DNA of 64,000 nt from Escherichia phage PJNS034. Positions 1-8,136 of this stretch are shown piece after piece. The position numbers and the translations under genes are program-made. The stretch's first letter is position 1. Every line of letters begins with the position of its first letter. The notes under the pieces are model-generated. The model saw only the letters and a list, made by a program, of their open reading frames with translations. It was not told the origin of the DNA and ran no database searches. The DNA lies in sequence record PP391266.1. One strand, given 5' to 3'.

Positions 1-91
1 GTTTGAGCATGTCTCAGAGTTTACTACTGTGACGGAACGTGGTGATGGTGCCTTTGGTTCTACTGGTAACACAATTGAGGGTTCCAAGTGA
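1..91 (+). CDS. 3' end of a gene that starts upstream of the window (last 29 codons)
   Basis: Open frame from base 2 to TGA at 89-91; contains in-frame copy of ACTACTGTGACG. Confidence 0.3.
   Translation, partial: FEHVSEFTTVTERGDGAFGSTGNTIEGSK
23..34 (+). repeat. 12-mer ACTACTGTGACG, copy 1
   Basis: Exact match, in frame (TTVT) in partial upstream ORF. Confidence 0.9.
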
Positions 92-387
92 TTGATAAAG
101 TTCTTGAACAATGTGCGTCGATTAATCAGCCTCGTTCGCTGGCTTCTGTGGCTCTTAAAGTTTCCGAAGAGACTGGTGAACTCGCACAAGCGGTCAACAA
201 GAACATCGGGAATGTTGTCGAAGAAGCAGCAGATGTAATCATCGCAGCAACTGACACGGCATTCCTCTATATCCGTGAAAAGTATGGTGCTGAAGAAGCT
301 ACGGCTGCTGGTGCTTTACTTGAAATGGCTGTAGCTGATAAACTCCAGAAGTGGAAAAATCTTTATTCTTTAGAAGGAAAGCGCTAA
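88..387 (+). CDS. MazG-like nucleotide pyrophosphohydrolase
   Basis: 99 aa; EETGELAQAV and EEAADVIIA motifs typical of MazG NTP-PPase; GTG start with GAGGG upstream. Confidence 0.55.
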   Translation: MIDKVLEQCASINQPRSLASVALKVSEETGELAQAVNKNIGNVVEEAADVIIAATDTAFLYIREKYGAEEATAAGALLEMAVADKLQKWKNLYSLEGKR

Positions 388-623
388 TGCTGAAAGTATA
401 TACCTCCCCTATGTGTGGCCCGTGTCATGTCCTGAAGAACCGCATCAAAGCGGCAACTGAAGCTGGTAAAGAACTTCCAGAACATGAAATTGTGGATATC
501 ACGAAGGTAGATAAATCTACTCTACCTGAAGGTGTGCGTACCATTCCAACCATCATCGACGAAGAAACTGGTGATGTGTTCACTGGTATTCAGGCAACCT
601 CTGAACGTATGGGTGTGAAGTAA
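387..623 (+). CDS. glutaredoxin/thioredoxin-fold redoxin (CGPC active site)
   Basis: 78 aa from internal ATG (RBS AGGAAAG); VYTSPMCGPCHVLK then TIPTIIDEETGDVFTG, glutaredoxin-fold pattern. Confidence 0.55.
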   Translation: MLKVYTSPMCGPCHVLKNRIKAATEAGKELPEHEIVDITKVDKSTLPEGVRTIPTIIDEETGDVFTGIQATSERMGVK

Positions 624-847
624 TGGAAGTACGTGACCTCCGTAACGTTCCGATTGACTCGTTGACTCCGCAGGAGATAGCTGGACGTCTGGCTCTGATT
701 TCTGATAGAATGAAGGAAGTCAGCGAGGAGTTCAGCGAGTTACAAGACATGTACTCCGCCCTCGTTGAAGAAACTCAACGACGTGTAAAACGAAAGGCGG
801 AAGAATATGATTCCATTACTCGCAGCGGCGATTCCAGCCGTAGCTAA
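623..847 (+). CDS. hypothetical protein
   Basis: 74 aa ORF, ATG start overlapping preceding stop. Confidence 0.35.
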   Translation: MEVRDLRNVPIDSLTPQEIAGRLALISDRMKEVSEEFSELQDMYSALVEETQRRVKRKAEEYDSITRSGDSSRS

Positions 848-1253
848 AATGTTAGGTATGGCAGCAGGAGCAGCGGCTGCCGGAGGCGGAGCAGCAGCAG
901 GTGGTGCAGCAGCCGCAGGTGCTGGTGGAGCGGCGGCAGGGGGTGCTGCTGCTGGGGCTGGTGCTGGAGGTGCTGCCGCAGGTGGAGCCGCCGCTGGTGG
1001 TTCAGGTGGTGGCATCCTCGGTTCTCTGGGCAATATGTTCGGAGGCGGTGGTGGCGGAGGTGGAATGTCCTTTGAGATGGGTTCGAAGGAAGATGAAGCC
1101 GGAGCCGCTGCTGTCATGAACCAAGCTAAGCAAGGTGCTCAGGGTGGTGCTGGTGGCGGTAACATGGGTTCACTTGATGCTGTAATGGCAATGAATGAAC
1201 GCCAACGCCGTGAAGCCGAAGAAGCTGCCCGTCGCTATGGAGGTGTTCGATAA
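807..1253 (+). CDS. Gly/Ala-rich low-complexity protein
   Basis: 148 aa; ATG with RBS; hydrophobic N-terminus, about 80 residues of G/A repeats encoded by GCN/GGN repeat DNA, charged C-terminus. Confidence 0.4.
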   Translation: MIPLLAAAIPAVAKMLGMAAGAAAAGGGAAAGGAAAAGAGGAAAGGAAAGAGAGGAAAGGAAAGGSGGGILGSLGNMFGGGGGGGGMSFEMGSKEDEAGAAAVMNQAKQGAQGGAGGGNMGSLDAVMAMNERQRREAEEAARRYGGVR

Positions 1254-1376
1254 TGCCTGTCCATAAGGTGAAGGGTGGCTATAAGTGGGGTTCGAAGGGT
1301 AAGGTGTACAAGAAGAAGTCTGACGCTGAGAAGCAAGGACGTGCAGCTTACGCTAATGGTTATCGAGGAGTATTAG

Positions 1377-1685
1377 ATGCCGTCAAGTCCTAACTATGTT
1401 CGTGACTACGACCAAGAACGCAAGACAGCCAAAAAGCGTGGTGAGACTGGTGTTGGTAAAAAGTCTGGTGACGCTCAGCGTCATCGTGCTCGTCGTAAGT
1501 TTGAGAAGGCAACAGGTCGCAAACTCGACAAAGACGAACACGTAGACCACAAACGTACAATTAAGAATGGAGGGACTAACAATCCTAAAAATCTTCGAGT
1601 GCGTAGCGCTTCTGATAATATGGCTGCTGGTGGTCGCAGTGGTAGTAAGGCGGGGAAAGCCGCCGGTGGTCGCAAAGGCAAGTAA
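1377..1685 (+). CDS. HNH endonuclease
   Basis: 102 aa; DEHVDHKRTIKNGGTNNPKNLRV matches HNH core; RBS GGAG before ATG. Confidence 0.55.
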   Translation: MPSSPNYVRDYDQERKTAKKRGETGVGKKSGDAQRHRARRKFEKATGRKLDKDEHVDHKRTIKNGGTNNPKNLRVRSASDNMAAGGRSGSKAGKAAGGRKGK

Positions 1686-1697
1686 GTGAGGTTGTGA

Positions 1698-1982
1698 ATG
1701 GGTAAAACAATTCGTCGTAAAGATGTAAAAGGTAATGGCGGTTACTACGAACACAAAGATGAAATCAGCATGGGTAAATCTACTGCTTATTATCACAGTG
1801 ACATGCCTTCTCGTGGAGGCCGCTGGAGAATGACCGGCCCTGCTAAGGAGGACGAAAAGGTAACTCGTCGCAACTACATGCACAACGTCAATGCTCGTGA
1901 TTTGTTGGATGAAGATGTTGACCTTGTTAATTGTGATAAGGTTTCTCGGAAACAAACCAACAAACACTATGCCCATTACTAA
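1698..1982 (+). CDS. hypothetical protein
   Basis: 94 aa ORF with RBS. Confidence 0.35.
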   Translation: MGKTIRRKDVKGNGGYYEHKDEISMGKSTAYYHSDMPSRGGRWRMTGPAKEDEKVTRRNYMHNVNARDLLDEDVDLVNCDKVSRKQTNKHYAHY

Positions 1983-1988
1983 AATCAA

Positions 1989-2016
1989 GGCTGGCTGAAA
2001 AGCTGGCCTTTCTTGT
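1989..2016 (+). terminator. rho-independent terminator (GNRA-loop hairpin plus T-run)
   Basis: GGCTGGCT-GAAA-AGCTGGCC followed by TTTCTTGTCTCT directly after stop of 1698-1982. Confidence 0.5.
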
Positions 2017-2028
2017 CTCTGAGGTATT

Positions 2029-2226
2029 ATGAAAGTCAGCATTGATTATATTATACGTTCTGCCATTCTTAAACATGGTGAACGGAAGTGGGCTTTGCTA
2101 GAAATCCAGCATAGCTTAGGTGTCAGTCGAACTCGTGCAAAAGAACTCTTCTTTGCTTTTACCTATCATGCAAATGAAGAAAACTTACAACGTATTGCTC
2201 GTGGTGAAAAGGTAGGTAAAATTTGA
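2029..2226 (+). CDS. hypothetical protein
   Basis: 65 aa ORF. Confidence 0.3.
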   Translation: MKVSIDYIIRSAILKHGERKWALLEIQHSLGVSRTRAKELFFAFTYHANEENLQRIARGEKVGKI

Positions 2227-2474
2227 GTATACAACGCATTATCGGTGAACTTGAAGATATCGAAGTTCGCATGGATTCTCTTGAAACAGAGAATGCTGAG
2301 TTACGTGATGAACTTAACCGTCTCGCTGAAGAACGTGATGAAGCTATCGAGGAGCGTGATGAAGCATTAGAGCAACTGGAAGTCGTAAACGACGCTCTTG
2401 CTCAGGGTGCAGATATCATTGCTCGTCAAAACGACGTGATTCGTGAATTAGAAAACGAACTCCAAGGAAGTTAA
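2223..2474 (+). CDS. hypothetical coiled-coil protein
   Basis: 83 aa, heptad-rich acidic sequence. Confidence 0.35.
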   Translation: MSIQRIIGELEDIEVRMDSLETENAELRDELNRLAEERDEAIEERDEALEQLEVVNDALAQGADIIARQNDVIRELENELQGS

Positions 2475-2475
2475 T

Positions 2476-4161
2476 TTGGCAAATATTTGGACAACTCCGC
2501 TCGCTTTGGAAGCGAAGATAGCAAACATTATCTCCAATCAAGGGAAACATGGTGTTAACTTCAACAAGGCCAAAGCAGCGTTCGGTGTGTTTGTTCTTGC
2601 AGAGAAGATTATAAACATCGACAAAGAGCTTGTCCCTATGCTTCCCATGATGATGCACGTGGGCACTGAATATAAGGCTCCATTCAAAGCGAATGGCGAC
2701 TTTAAGGTGTTTGTGCAGAAATATGCGGATAAGGTAGGGTTAAGTCGTTGCGATGTTGGTGGGCCGTTTACAGCGGTTCATTTCACACCATTTGACCCTT
2801 CCAAGACTGACCGCATGAAGCACGTCATGGCTGACGCTGGATGGGTTCCGGCAGTTTGGAATATCAAGAAGAATCCGATTCAAGAGTTGGATGGTCTTGG
2901 TTATATAGAGCGTCAGAATGCGGAAGCATTGCTTCTTGATAAGTATATCGAGAAGAACATCTTAGGTCATGGTGCTGCATGGACTGAGTTGATGTTGAAA
3001 GAGCTTAAATTCCGTGGACAGCGGAAGATTAGTAAGCTCAAAGAACACATCAGAAAGGCTCGTTATTGGCCTACTTCACCGAAGATTACACCAGATGAAG
3101 ACAAGTTCGTTGGTGATTCAAGAATCGGTGAATTAATTCAATCTCGTATGGTATGGTCACATCGTCGGTCATTACTTGAAGGATTGATTAAACTTGTCAG
3201 ACCAGATGGGAAGATTAGCGCTGATGCAAACAGTTGTGCAACACCCACTGCTCGTATGCGGCATCGTGGTGTGGTCAACATTCCTGCCGCTCGTGCTCCT
3301 TTTGGTTATTGGTGCCGAAGTCTTTTCATGGGAGACTATGACAAGACGGTTAAGAAAGGTTCTGTGTTCTATCCGTTTGGTAAGGAATTGCCAGAAGGAT
3401 TAAGACGTAAACCGGGCACAAACATTGTCGAGGAATACGACAAGAAGAAAGATAAATGGAAACACGCTGGTAAATATCGGAAGTTTGTTCCAGCGGGTCA
3501 ACATATCTTTGTTGGTTATGATGGTGCAGGTCTTGAACTTCGTATGTTGGCTCACTATGTTGGTGATGAAAACTTTACGAACCAGATTCTTCACGGTGAT
3601 ATTCATAGCCACAACCAGTCACTTGCTGGTCTTCCAACTCGTGATAACGCAAAGACGTTTATCTACGCATTCCTGTATGGTGCAGGTGATGCGAAAATCG
3701 GTTCTATCATCGGTGGTACTGCTGATGATGGTGCAGAAATCAAAGCTCGATTCATGAAATCACTTCCGAAACTTGCAGCACTGATTGAGCGTGTTCAACA
3801 GATTGCAGGAACTGATGGTTATGTCGAAGCGATTGATGGTCGTCGTTTGTATCTTCGTAAAGGTACGAATGGTAAGTATCAGACTCACAAAGCATTGAAC
3901 GTCTTGTTACAAGGTGCAGGTGCAATTGTCATGAAGTATGCGATGGCTTGGTTGGATTCTCAGATTAAGAAACAAGGTCTGAGGGCTTACAAGGTTATCG
4001 ACATGCACGATGAAGGGCAATTCTCAGTGCATCCTGATGATGTTCCAGCGGTTCGTGAACTGATGGAAAGTTGTGTTAAATGGGCTGGTGAGTTCTTGAA
4101 AATGAACTGTCCACTGGCATCCGATTCAATTGTTGGTCATGACTGGTTTGACACGCATTGA
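2476..4161 (+). CDS. DNA polymerase, family A, polymerase domain only (T7 gp5-like)
   Basis: 561 aa; motif A GYDGAGLELRMLAHY, motif B RDNAKTFIYAFLYGAG, motif C DMHDEGQF, C-terminal HDWFDTH; N-terminus aligns to T7 gp5 after its exonuclease domain; TTG start with AGGAAG RBS. Confidence 0.88.
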   Translation: MANIWTTPLALEAKIANIISNQGKHGVNFNKAKAAFGVFVLAEKIINIDKELVPMLPMMMHVGTEYKAPFKANGDFKVFVQKYADKVGLSRCDVGGPFTAVHFTPFDPSKTDRMKHVMADAGWVPAVWNIKKNPIQELDGLGYIERQNAEALLLDKYIEKNILGHGAAWTELMLKELKFRGQRKISKLKEHIRKARYWPTSPKITPDEDKFVGDSRIGELIQSRMVWSHRRSLLEGLIKLVRPDGKISADANSCATPTARMRHRGVVNIPAARAPFGYWCRSLFMGDYDKTVKKGSVFYPFGKELPEGLRRKPGTNIVEEYDKKKDKWKHAGKYRKFVPAGQHIFVGYDGAGLELRMLAHYVGDENFTNQILHGDIHSHNQSLAGLPTRDNAKTFIYAFLYGAGDAKIGSIIGGTADDGAEIKARFMKSLPKLAALIERVQQIAGTDGYVEAIDGRRLYLRKGTNGKYQTHKALNVLLQGAGAIVMKYAMAWLDSQIKKQGLRAYKVIDMHDEGQFSVHPDDVPAVRELMESCVKWAGEFLKMNCPLASDSIVGHDWFDTH

Positions 4162-4577
4162 TTCACCCTAATCATTTTAAAGGTGCGGCATCTGAAATGA
4201 AGGCTGCTGCACACTTCCTATCGAAAGGTTACGAAGTATTCTTTCCAGCTATCACACAAAGTGCGGCTGACTTCGTTGTAAAAAGTGAAAGGGGTTATGA
4301 AGGTGTTCAAGTCAAATCTGCAACACCTTTGAAGTCTGGTGAGGCGAACTACCTCCAAATACGACTACAAGGGAAACCTACTCCATATGCTACCCACAAC
4401 TATTTAGAAGGTGATTTCGAACATCTGGTAGTGGTTTATGGTGATATGATGTGGGACTTTCCGTGGGAATTAGTCAAAGACAAAACATCAATGACCTTCG
4501 GACGCCTGAATGAAGATGGAACGATATCTACATCAGGGCGAGGTGGTTATAACCCAGAGGATTACAGACTACGATGA
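4158..4577 (+). CDS. PD-(D/E)xK-type nuclease-like protein
   Basis: 139 aa; AAAHFLSKGYEVFFP...ADFVVKS...GVQVKS resembles Hjc/restriction-endonuclease-fold core. Confidence 0.35.
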   Translation: MIHPNHFKGAASEMKAAAHFLSKGYEVFFPAITQSAADFVVKSERGYEGVQVKSATPLKSGEANYLQIRLQGKPTPYATHNYLEGDFEHLVVVYGDMMWDFPWELVKDKTSMTFGRLNEDGTISTSGRGGYNPEDYRLR

Positions 4578-4765
4578 TTCGTGTATACTATATGACTCGT
4601 GACTGTGGCGACGGTACTTCCGTCGTCGATTTCTTCACTGACTTAGCATTTGCTGAGAGCCTTCGTGAAAACGACGAAGAGTTCTTCATGAACGAAAGCA
4701 TTGATTACTTTGATGTTCCTGCTCTCGGTACTATCTCTATCTCAACTCCCAAGGATTATGAATAA
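4574..4765 (+). CDS. hypothetical protein
   Basis: 63 aa ORF, overlapping stop/start. Confidence 0.3.
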   Translation: MIRVYYMTRDCGDGTSVVDFFTDLAFAESLRENDEEFFMNESIDYFDVPALGTISISTPKDYE

Positions 4766-5019
4766 TGTCTCACTTATCTACTCAGAAAACTCTCAAATGG
4801 TCTGTAGCCTATCAGATTGATACTTCTAAAGCTGTGACACACAGCCTCTTCAATACTCGTGAGGAGGCTCGTGAGCATAAGCGTGGTATGCAGAAGCTGT
4901 TAGCTGGTATGCCTAACCAGAAGAATCACAAAGTCTGGCTGGAGCGTCATGAGACTGTGTACGACTTCAAAGATGGCAAACGCCACTTCACTATCACCAA
5001 CGTATCTCGTATTCGCTAA
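4765..5019 (+). CDS. hypothetical protein
   Basis: 84 aa ORF. Confidence 0.3.
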   Translation: MSHLSTQKTLKWSVAYQIDTSKAVTHSLFNTREEAREHKRGMQKLLAGMPNQKNHKVWLERHETVYDFKDGKRHFTITNVSRIR

Positions 5020-5312
5020 TGCAAAAGGAAACTACTGTGACGAACCCTATTAAACTGGAAGACGATGCAATCGCTGTTGTGGCATTCTCTGGCAAAGTTA
5101 TCAAGAAGTCCTTCGAAGACCTTGACCGACTGATTCCTGACGATGCTGTAGTATCTAACGAGCTTGTGGAGTTCATGAGCACTATGTGGGCAATCATCGA
5201 GAAAGGTGTTGAACCAGTGACACCTGAAATGATTGCTGAAATGGAGGCTGAGGAAGGTGAGATTCAGCCAGACGACCGTTCTGCAATTGAGGGAGAACGT
5301 AAAGATGGGTAA
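5019..5312 (+). CDS. hypothetical acidic protein
   Basis: 97 aa; contains in-frame 12-mer at codons 5-8. Confidence 0.35.
   Translation: MQKETTVTNPIKLEDDAIAVVAFSGKVIKKSFEDLDRLIPDDAVVSNELVEFMSTMWAIIEKGVEPVTPEMIAEMEAEEGEIQPDDRSAIEGERKDG
5031..5042 (+). repeat. 12-mer ACTACTGTGACG, copy 2
   Basis: Exact, codons 5-8 of ORF 5019-5312. Confidence 0.9.
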
Positions 5313-5438
5313 ATTCTTCCTGAAACTGGTTAAGATTTTCAACATGATGGTTGATATCTTTGTCCTGTATGTTCTGCTGTTTGGTCATATGTCAGCGAAC
5401 ATCGGTGGTAAACTTTACGAATTTAATGGACTGTTCCT

Positions 5439-5762
5439 ATGATTCTATCTGGCACTGTAAATCTTCAAACTGTTAACACTGAGAAGTTAGTAGAAATTGG
5501 TGAAGCTGTCTGCATCGCTATGGAGCAACGTAAGCAGCTCCTACGCAAGAAGTTCCGAAAGCATGGTAAGGATGCCCTTACTGACTTTGAACTCCGCCTG
5601 ATTGACGAGGCGCACGATTTGGGCACAGACTTCAACGAAGCACTGACTCTTGAATCAAAACGACACGATGAACAACTTGAATCTGACTTCGCTGCTATGA
5701 ACGCTGCTGATAACGTCGGTTCAGAAACATTAAAACTGTTAGACATTCCAGCAGAACGATGA
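5439..5762 (+). CDS. hypothetical protein
   Basis: 107 aa ORF. Confidence 0.35.
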   Translation: MILSGTVNLQTVNTEKLVEIGEAVCIAMEQRKQLLRKKFRKHGKDALTDFELRLIDEAHDLGTDFNEALTLESKRHDEQLESDFAAMNAADNVGSETLKLLDIPAER

Positions 5763-5805
5763 TACTCTAGGGCTTCCCGTTAGGGGAGAGTAAGAAATAA
5801 TATAA

Positions 5806-5831
5806 GGAATATTAGTAAGATATAATATTCC
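5806..5831 (+). promoter_or_regulatory. perfect 9-bp palindrome GGAATATTA-N8-TAATATTCC containing TATAAT
   Basis: Hairpin/operator-like element 25 nt upstream of ORF 5856 and the tRNA cluster; shares GGAATATTAsTAAGA with element at 47265. Confidence 0.4.
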
Positions 5832-5855
5832 TTAATATTACTCCTGAGGTGACTC

Positions 5856-6050
5856 ATGCTTGACTCAAAATGTTCACTATGCGGTTGCACTGGTATTCAT
5901 GCCTGTATGGGCAAGCCTTTAAGTGATGGTGTTATCTATTCAACTTACGGTAACACCGAAGTTAGAAAGTTAGCCGCGAAAGAGATTCAAGAAATCCAAG
6001 AATTATTGGAAAAGATTGTTGACACACAACCCAATAACTTGGTATCTTAA
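5856..6050 (+). CDS. hypothetical Cys-rich small protein
   Basis: 64 aa; RBS TGAGGTGA; CSLCGC...HAC. Confidence 0.35.
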   Translation: MLDSKCSLCGCTGIHACMGKPLSDGVIYSTYGNTEVRKLAAKEIQEIQELLEKIVDTQPNNLVS

Positions 6051-6137
6051 ATACATGGGGTGAGCAATCACCTCTTCCAGAAGTAGTTGGTGTCCACTGT
6101 CCCACAAGGGCTGAAACGGAACAGAACTTCTGGGTAT

Positions 6138-6215
6138 CTTGATGTAGCTCAGTTTGGTAGCAGCACTTGCTTTGGGAGCAAGGGGTCGAAGGTTCGAATC
6201 CTTCCATCAAGACCA
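6138..6215 (+). tRNA. tRNA-Pro (anticodon TGG)
   Basis: Manual cloverleaf: 7-bp acceptor CTTGATG/CATCAAG, anticodon arm CTTGC-TTTGGGA-GCAAG, T-arm GAAGG-TTCGAAT-CCTTC, 3' CCA. Confidence 0.7.
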
Positions 6216-6216
6216 A

Positions 6217-6298
6217 GTGGGATTGGCTGAGTGGTCGAAAGCACCTGACTGTAAATCAGGCATATCACGCGGTGGTTCGAATCCATCATCCCACACCA
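6217..6298 (+). tRNA. tRNA-Tyr (anticodon GTA)
   Basis: Acceptor GTGGGAT/ATCCCAC, anticodon arm CCTGA-CTGTAAA-TCAGG, long variable arm, TTCGAAT T-loop, CCA. Confidence 0.7.
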
Positions 6299-6300
6299 AA

Positions 6301-6377
6301 GCGTCACTAACTCAATTGGTTAGAGTAGCGGTCTTTTAAACCGCAGGTTCTGAGTTCGAGTCTCAGGTGGCGTACCA
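6301..6377 (+). tRNA. tRNA-Lys (anticodon TTT)
   Basis: Anticodon arm GCGGT-CTTTTAA-ACCGC, T-arm CTGAG-TTCGAGT-CTCAG, CCA. Confidence 0.7.
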
Positions 6378-6379
6378 AA

Positions 6380-6469
6380 GGAAGTTAGGGCTTTGTGGAA
6401 AGCAATCGGTCTTGAAAACCGACCCACTGTAGCGATATGGTGATGGTTCGACTCCATTAGCTTCCTCCA
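6380..6469 (+). tRNA. tRNA-Ser (anticodon TGA)
   Basis: Anticodon arm TCGGT-CTTGAAA-ACCGA, long variable arm, TTCGACT T-loop, CCA. Confidence 0.65.
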
Positions 6470-6471
6470 AT

Positions 6472-6548
6472 TGTTTCGTAGCTCAGTTGGTAAGAGCGTT
6501 CGGCTGATAACCGAAAGGTCACAAGTTCGAGTCTTGTCGAAACAACCA
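6472..6548 (+). tRNA. tRNA-Ile (anticodon GAT)
   Basis: Canonical cloverleaf: TGTTTCG/CGAAACA acceptor, GCTC-AGTTGGTAA-GAGC D-arm, TTCGG-CTGATAA-CCGAA, TTCGAGT T-loop, CCA. Confidence 0.8.
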
Positions 6549-6551
6549 AAT

Positions 6552-6640
6552 GACGGGTTGGCAGAGTTGGTTTATTGCAGCAGCTTGCTAAGTTGCCGAG
6601 TCGAAAGGCTCCGTGGGTTCGAATCCCACACCCGACGCCA
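6552..6640 (+). tRNA. tRNA-Ser (anticodon GCT)
   Basis: Anticodon arm GCAGC-TTGCTAA-GTTGC, long variable arm, GTGGG-TTCGAAT-CCCAC, CCA; one acceptor mismatch. Confidence 0.55.
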
Positions 6641-6641
6641 A

Positions 6642-6717
6642 GGACGATAAGCACATGTGGATGTGCGGCAGGCTGTTAACCTGATGGCAGTTGGTTCGAA
6701 TCCAACATCGTCCGCCA
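6642..6717 (+). tRNA. tRNA-Asn (anticodon GTT)
   Basis: Acceptor GGACGAT/ATCGTCC, loop CTGTTAA, T-arm GTTGG-TTCGAAT-CCAAC, CCA. Confidence 0.6.
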
Positions 6718-6719
6718 AT

Positions 6720-6794
6720 AGCGAGATAGTTCAGTGGTAGAATATCGGTTTCATACGCCGACCGTCGATGGTTCGATTCCATCTCTCGCTACCA
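6720..6794 (+). tRNA. tRNA-Met (anticodon CAT; elongator, initiator or lysidine-Ile not distinguishable)
   Basis: Acceptor AGCGAGA/TCTCGCT, anticodon arm TCGGT-TTCATAC-GCCGA, T-arm GATGG-TTCGATT-CCATC, CCA. Confidence 0.65.
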
Positions 6795-6810
6795 AACCTC
6801 TTTATCCGAT

Positions 6811-6882
6811 GGGAGTGTCCTTCTGGGAAGGATGTGGATTCCAACCCCACTAAGTAGAGTTCGATTCTTTACACTCCCGCCA
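6811..6882 (+). tRNA. tRNA, anticodon TCC (Gly) or alternatively CCA (Trp) depending on stem register
   Basis: Acceptor GGGAGTG/CACTCCC, loop region GGATTCCAACCCC, T-arm TAGAG-TTCGATT-CTTTA, CCA. Confidence 0.5.
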
Positions 6883-6889
6883 AATCCCT

Positions 6890-6966
6890 AGCCTTGTAGT
6901 GTAGTCTGGTTAGCACACGTGACTTTGACTCACGGAGCTTAGGTTCGAATCCTGACAGGGCTGCCA
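6890..6966 (+). tRNA. tRNA-Gln (anticodon TTG)
   Basis: Acceptor AGCCTTG/CAGGGCT, anticodon arm CGTGA-CTTTGAC-TCACG, T-arm TTAGG-TTCGAAT-CCTGA, CCA. Confidence 0.7.
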
Positions 6967-6982
6967 ATAAGAGGTAATATCA

Positions 6983-7273
6983 ATGTCTGTTCGTTGTTGG
7001 AATGCCGCTGGAAAGCTGGTAGCAGATGTTGGTGACTACAATGTCCGATACTTAGGACGTCAGACGATTACTTACCCTGCGAAAGCTGCTTCAGCAAGAG
7101 GCAACTTAGCGGGGTTAACTGCATCTGGCTCCTTTGGAGTCATTGTGGGAGCCAGTCAAGGTGCCTTTAATGATTATGTAGTAAAGGCAGTTAACGGTGG
7201 GTATGAAGTTCTGGCTAACAGGACAATCTACCAAAATACGACACTTACAGTGGATTTATATAGCTTCGTATGA
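6983..7273 (+). CDS. hypothetical protein
   Basis: 96 aa ORF starting 17 nt after tRNA cluster. Confidence 0.35.
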   Translation: MSVRCWNAAGKLVADVGDYNVRYLGRQTITYPAKAASARGNLAGLTASGSFGVIVGASQGAFNDYVVKAVNGGYEVLANRTIYQNTTLTVDLYSFV

Positions 7274-7935
7274 GTACCATTCAACTTCGTAATTCAGCAG
7301 GTGCGATAACGGTAGACTCAGATAACAAGGCTGCCCACTACCGTGACCACGTAGCCATGACCACTATTACTGACCGAGGGTATTATGTTTTACCCAATAA
7401 GTTAGGTGGTACTGGTGATATGGGTTATCCTGCAAGGAATCAGCAATTTAAAGCTGATGATAACCTTCAATGGTTCCGATTCAATAACAATGCCAAAGCA
7501 ATGTTCTGCATCAACCAATACCTTGGTGGTGGCTTAGTTACACAGAATGCTGGAGTGATGGCTCGTACACACTTCAACCTTCCGGTAGCTAAAGGCTATA
7601 TCAACATCTGGAATGCTCAAGGTCAGTTGATTTGGTCAGATGCTCAGGCAGCGAAGATTCCACGTATTGTGGGCTTCTTCACAATTCCTCCAAACTTTGA
7701 CTTAGACAACAACGTGTACTCCCAAAACATTGGTCTGGACAAGTTCATTCTTGCCAGTATGTGTCCGGGTGAAATCAGTGATGATGGTACAGTAGCAGGT
7801 TGGTCAGGCTTGTTCTTTCGAATGGTAAATGGAACGCTGCAAGTGCAGTGGCTCAACAAATACCAGAAAACATGGGCGCAAACTTTTAAGGCAACAGGGA
7901 TGAAAATCCCATATGCAATTTTTCCAAACTTATAG
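7270..7935 (+). CDS. hypothetical protein
   Basis: 221 aa ORF, ATG overlapping upstream stop. Confidence 0.4.
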   Translation: MSTIQLRNSAGAITVDSDNKAAHYRDHVAMTTITDRGYYVLPNKLGGTGDMGYPARNQQFKADDNLQWFRFNNNAKAMFCINQYLGGGLVTQNAGVMARTHFNLPVAKGYINIWNAQGQLIWSDAQAAKIPRIVGFFTIPPNFDLDNNVYSQNIGLDKFILASMCPGEISDDGTVAGWSGLFFRMVNGTLQVQWLNKYQKTWAQTFKATGMKIPYAIFPNL

Positions 7936-8136
7936 TTGACGCCAAAGGTTCAATTTAGTATATTGAACTTAACAGAGATGTGTTCCCTGTTACGGCATTG
8001 CGTTCGTCATCACAGCACATCCTTCAACAAATTACCTTGGGACTTAGCCTCTACGCTTCTTCGGAACTAGAGGCTTTTCTTCCCTCATGAGGTTGTCCAA
8101 GCGACAACAAAACAATCGACAAAGTGAGTATACATA

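Noticed and set aside
740-1117. Minus-strand 125-aa Pro/Ala-rich ORF
   Set aside because: Antisense reading of the GC-rich triplet repeat; the plus-strand Gly/Ala ORF has an RBS and fits the plus-strand gene arm.
1383-2042. Minus-strand 219-aa ORF and other minus-strand ORFs in 0-14 kb
   Set aside because: They overlap well-supported plus-strand genes, lack RBS context and have low-complexity translations; treated as antisense artefacts.
5962-6782. Small ORFs on both strands across the tRNA cluster
   Set aside because: The region is fully accounted for by 10 tRNA cloverleaves.
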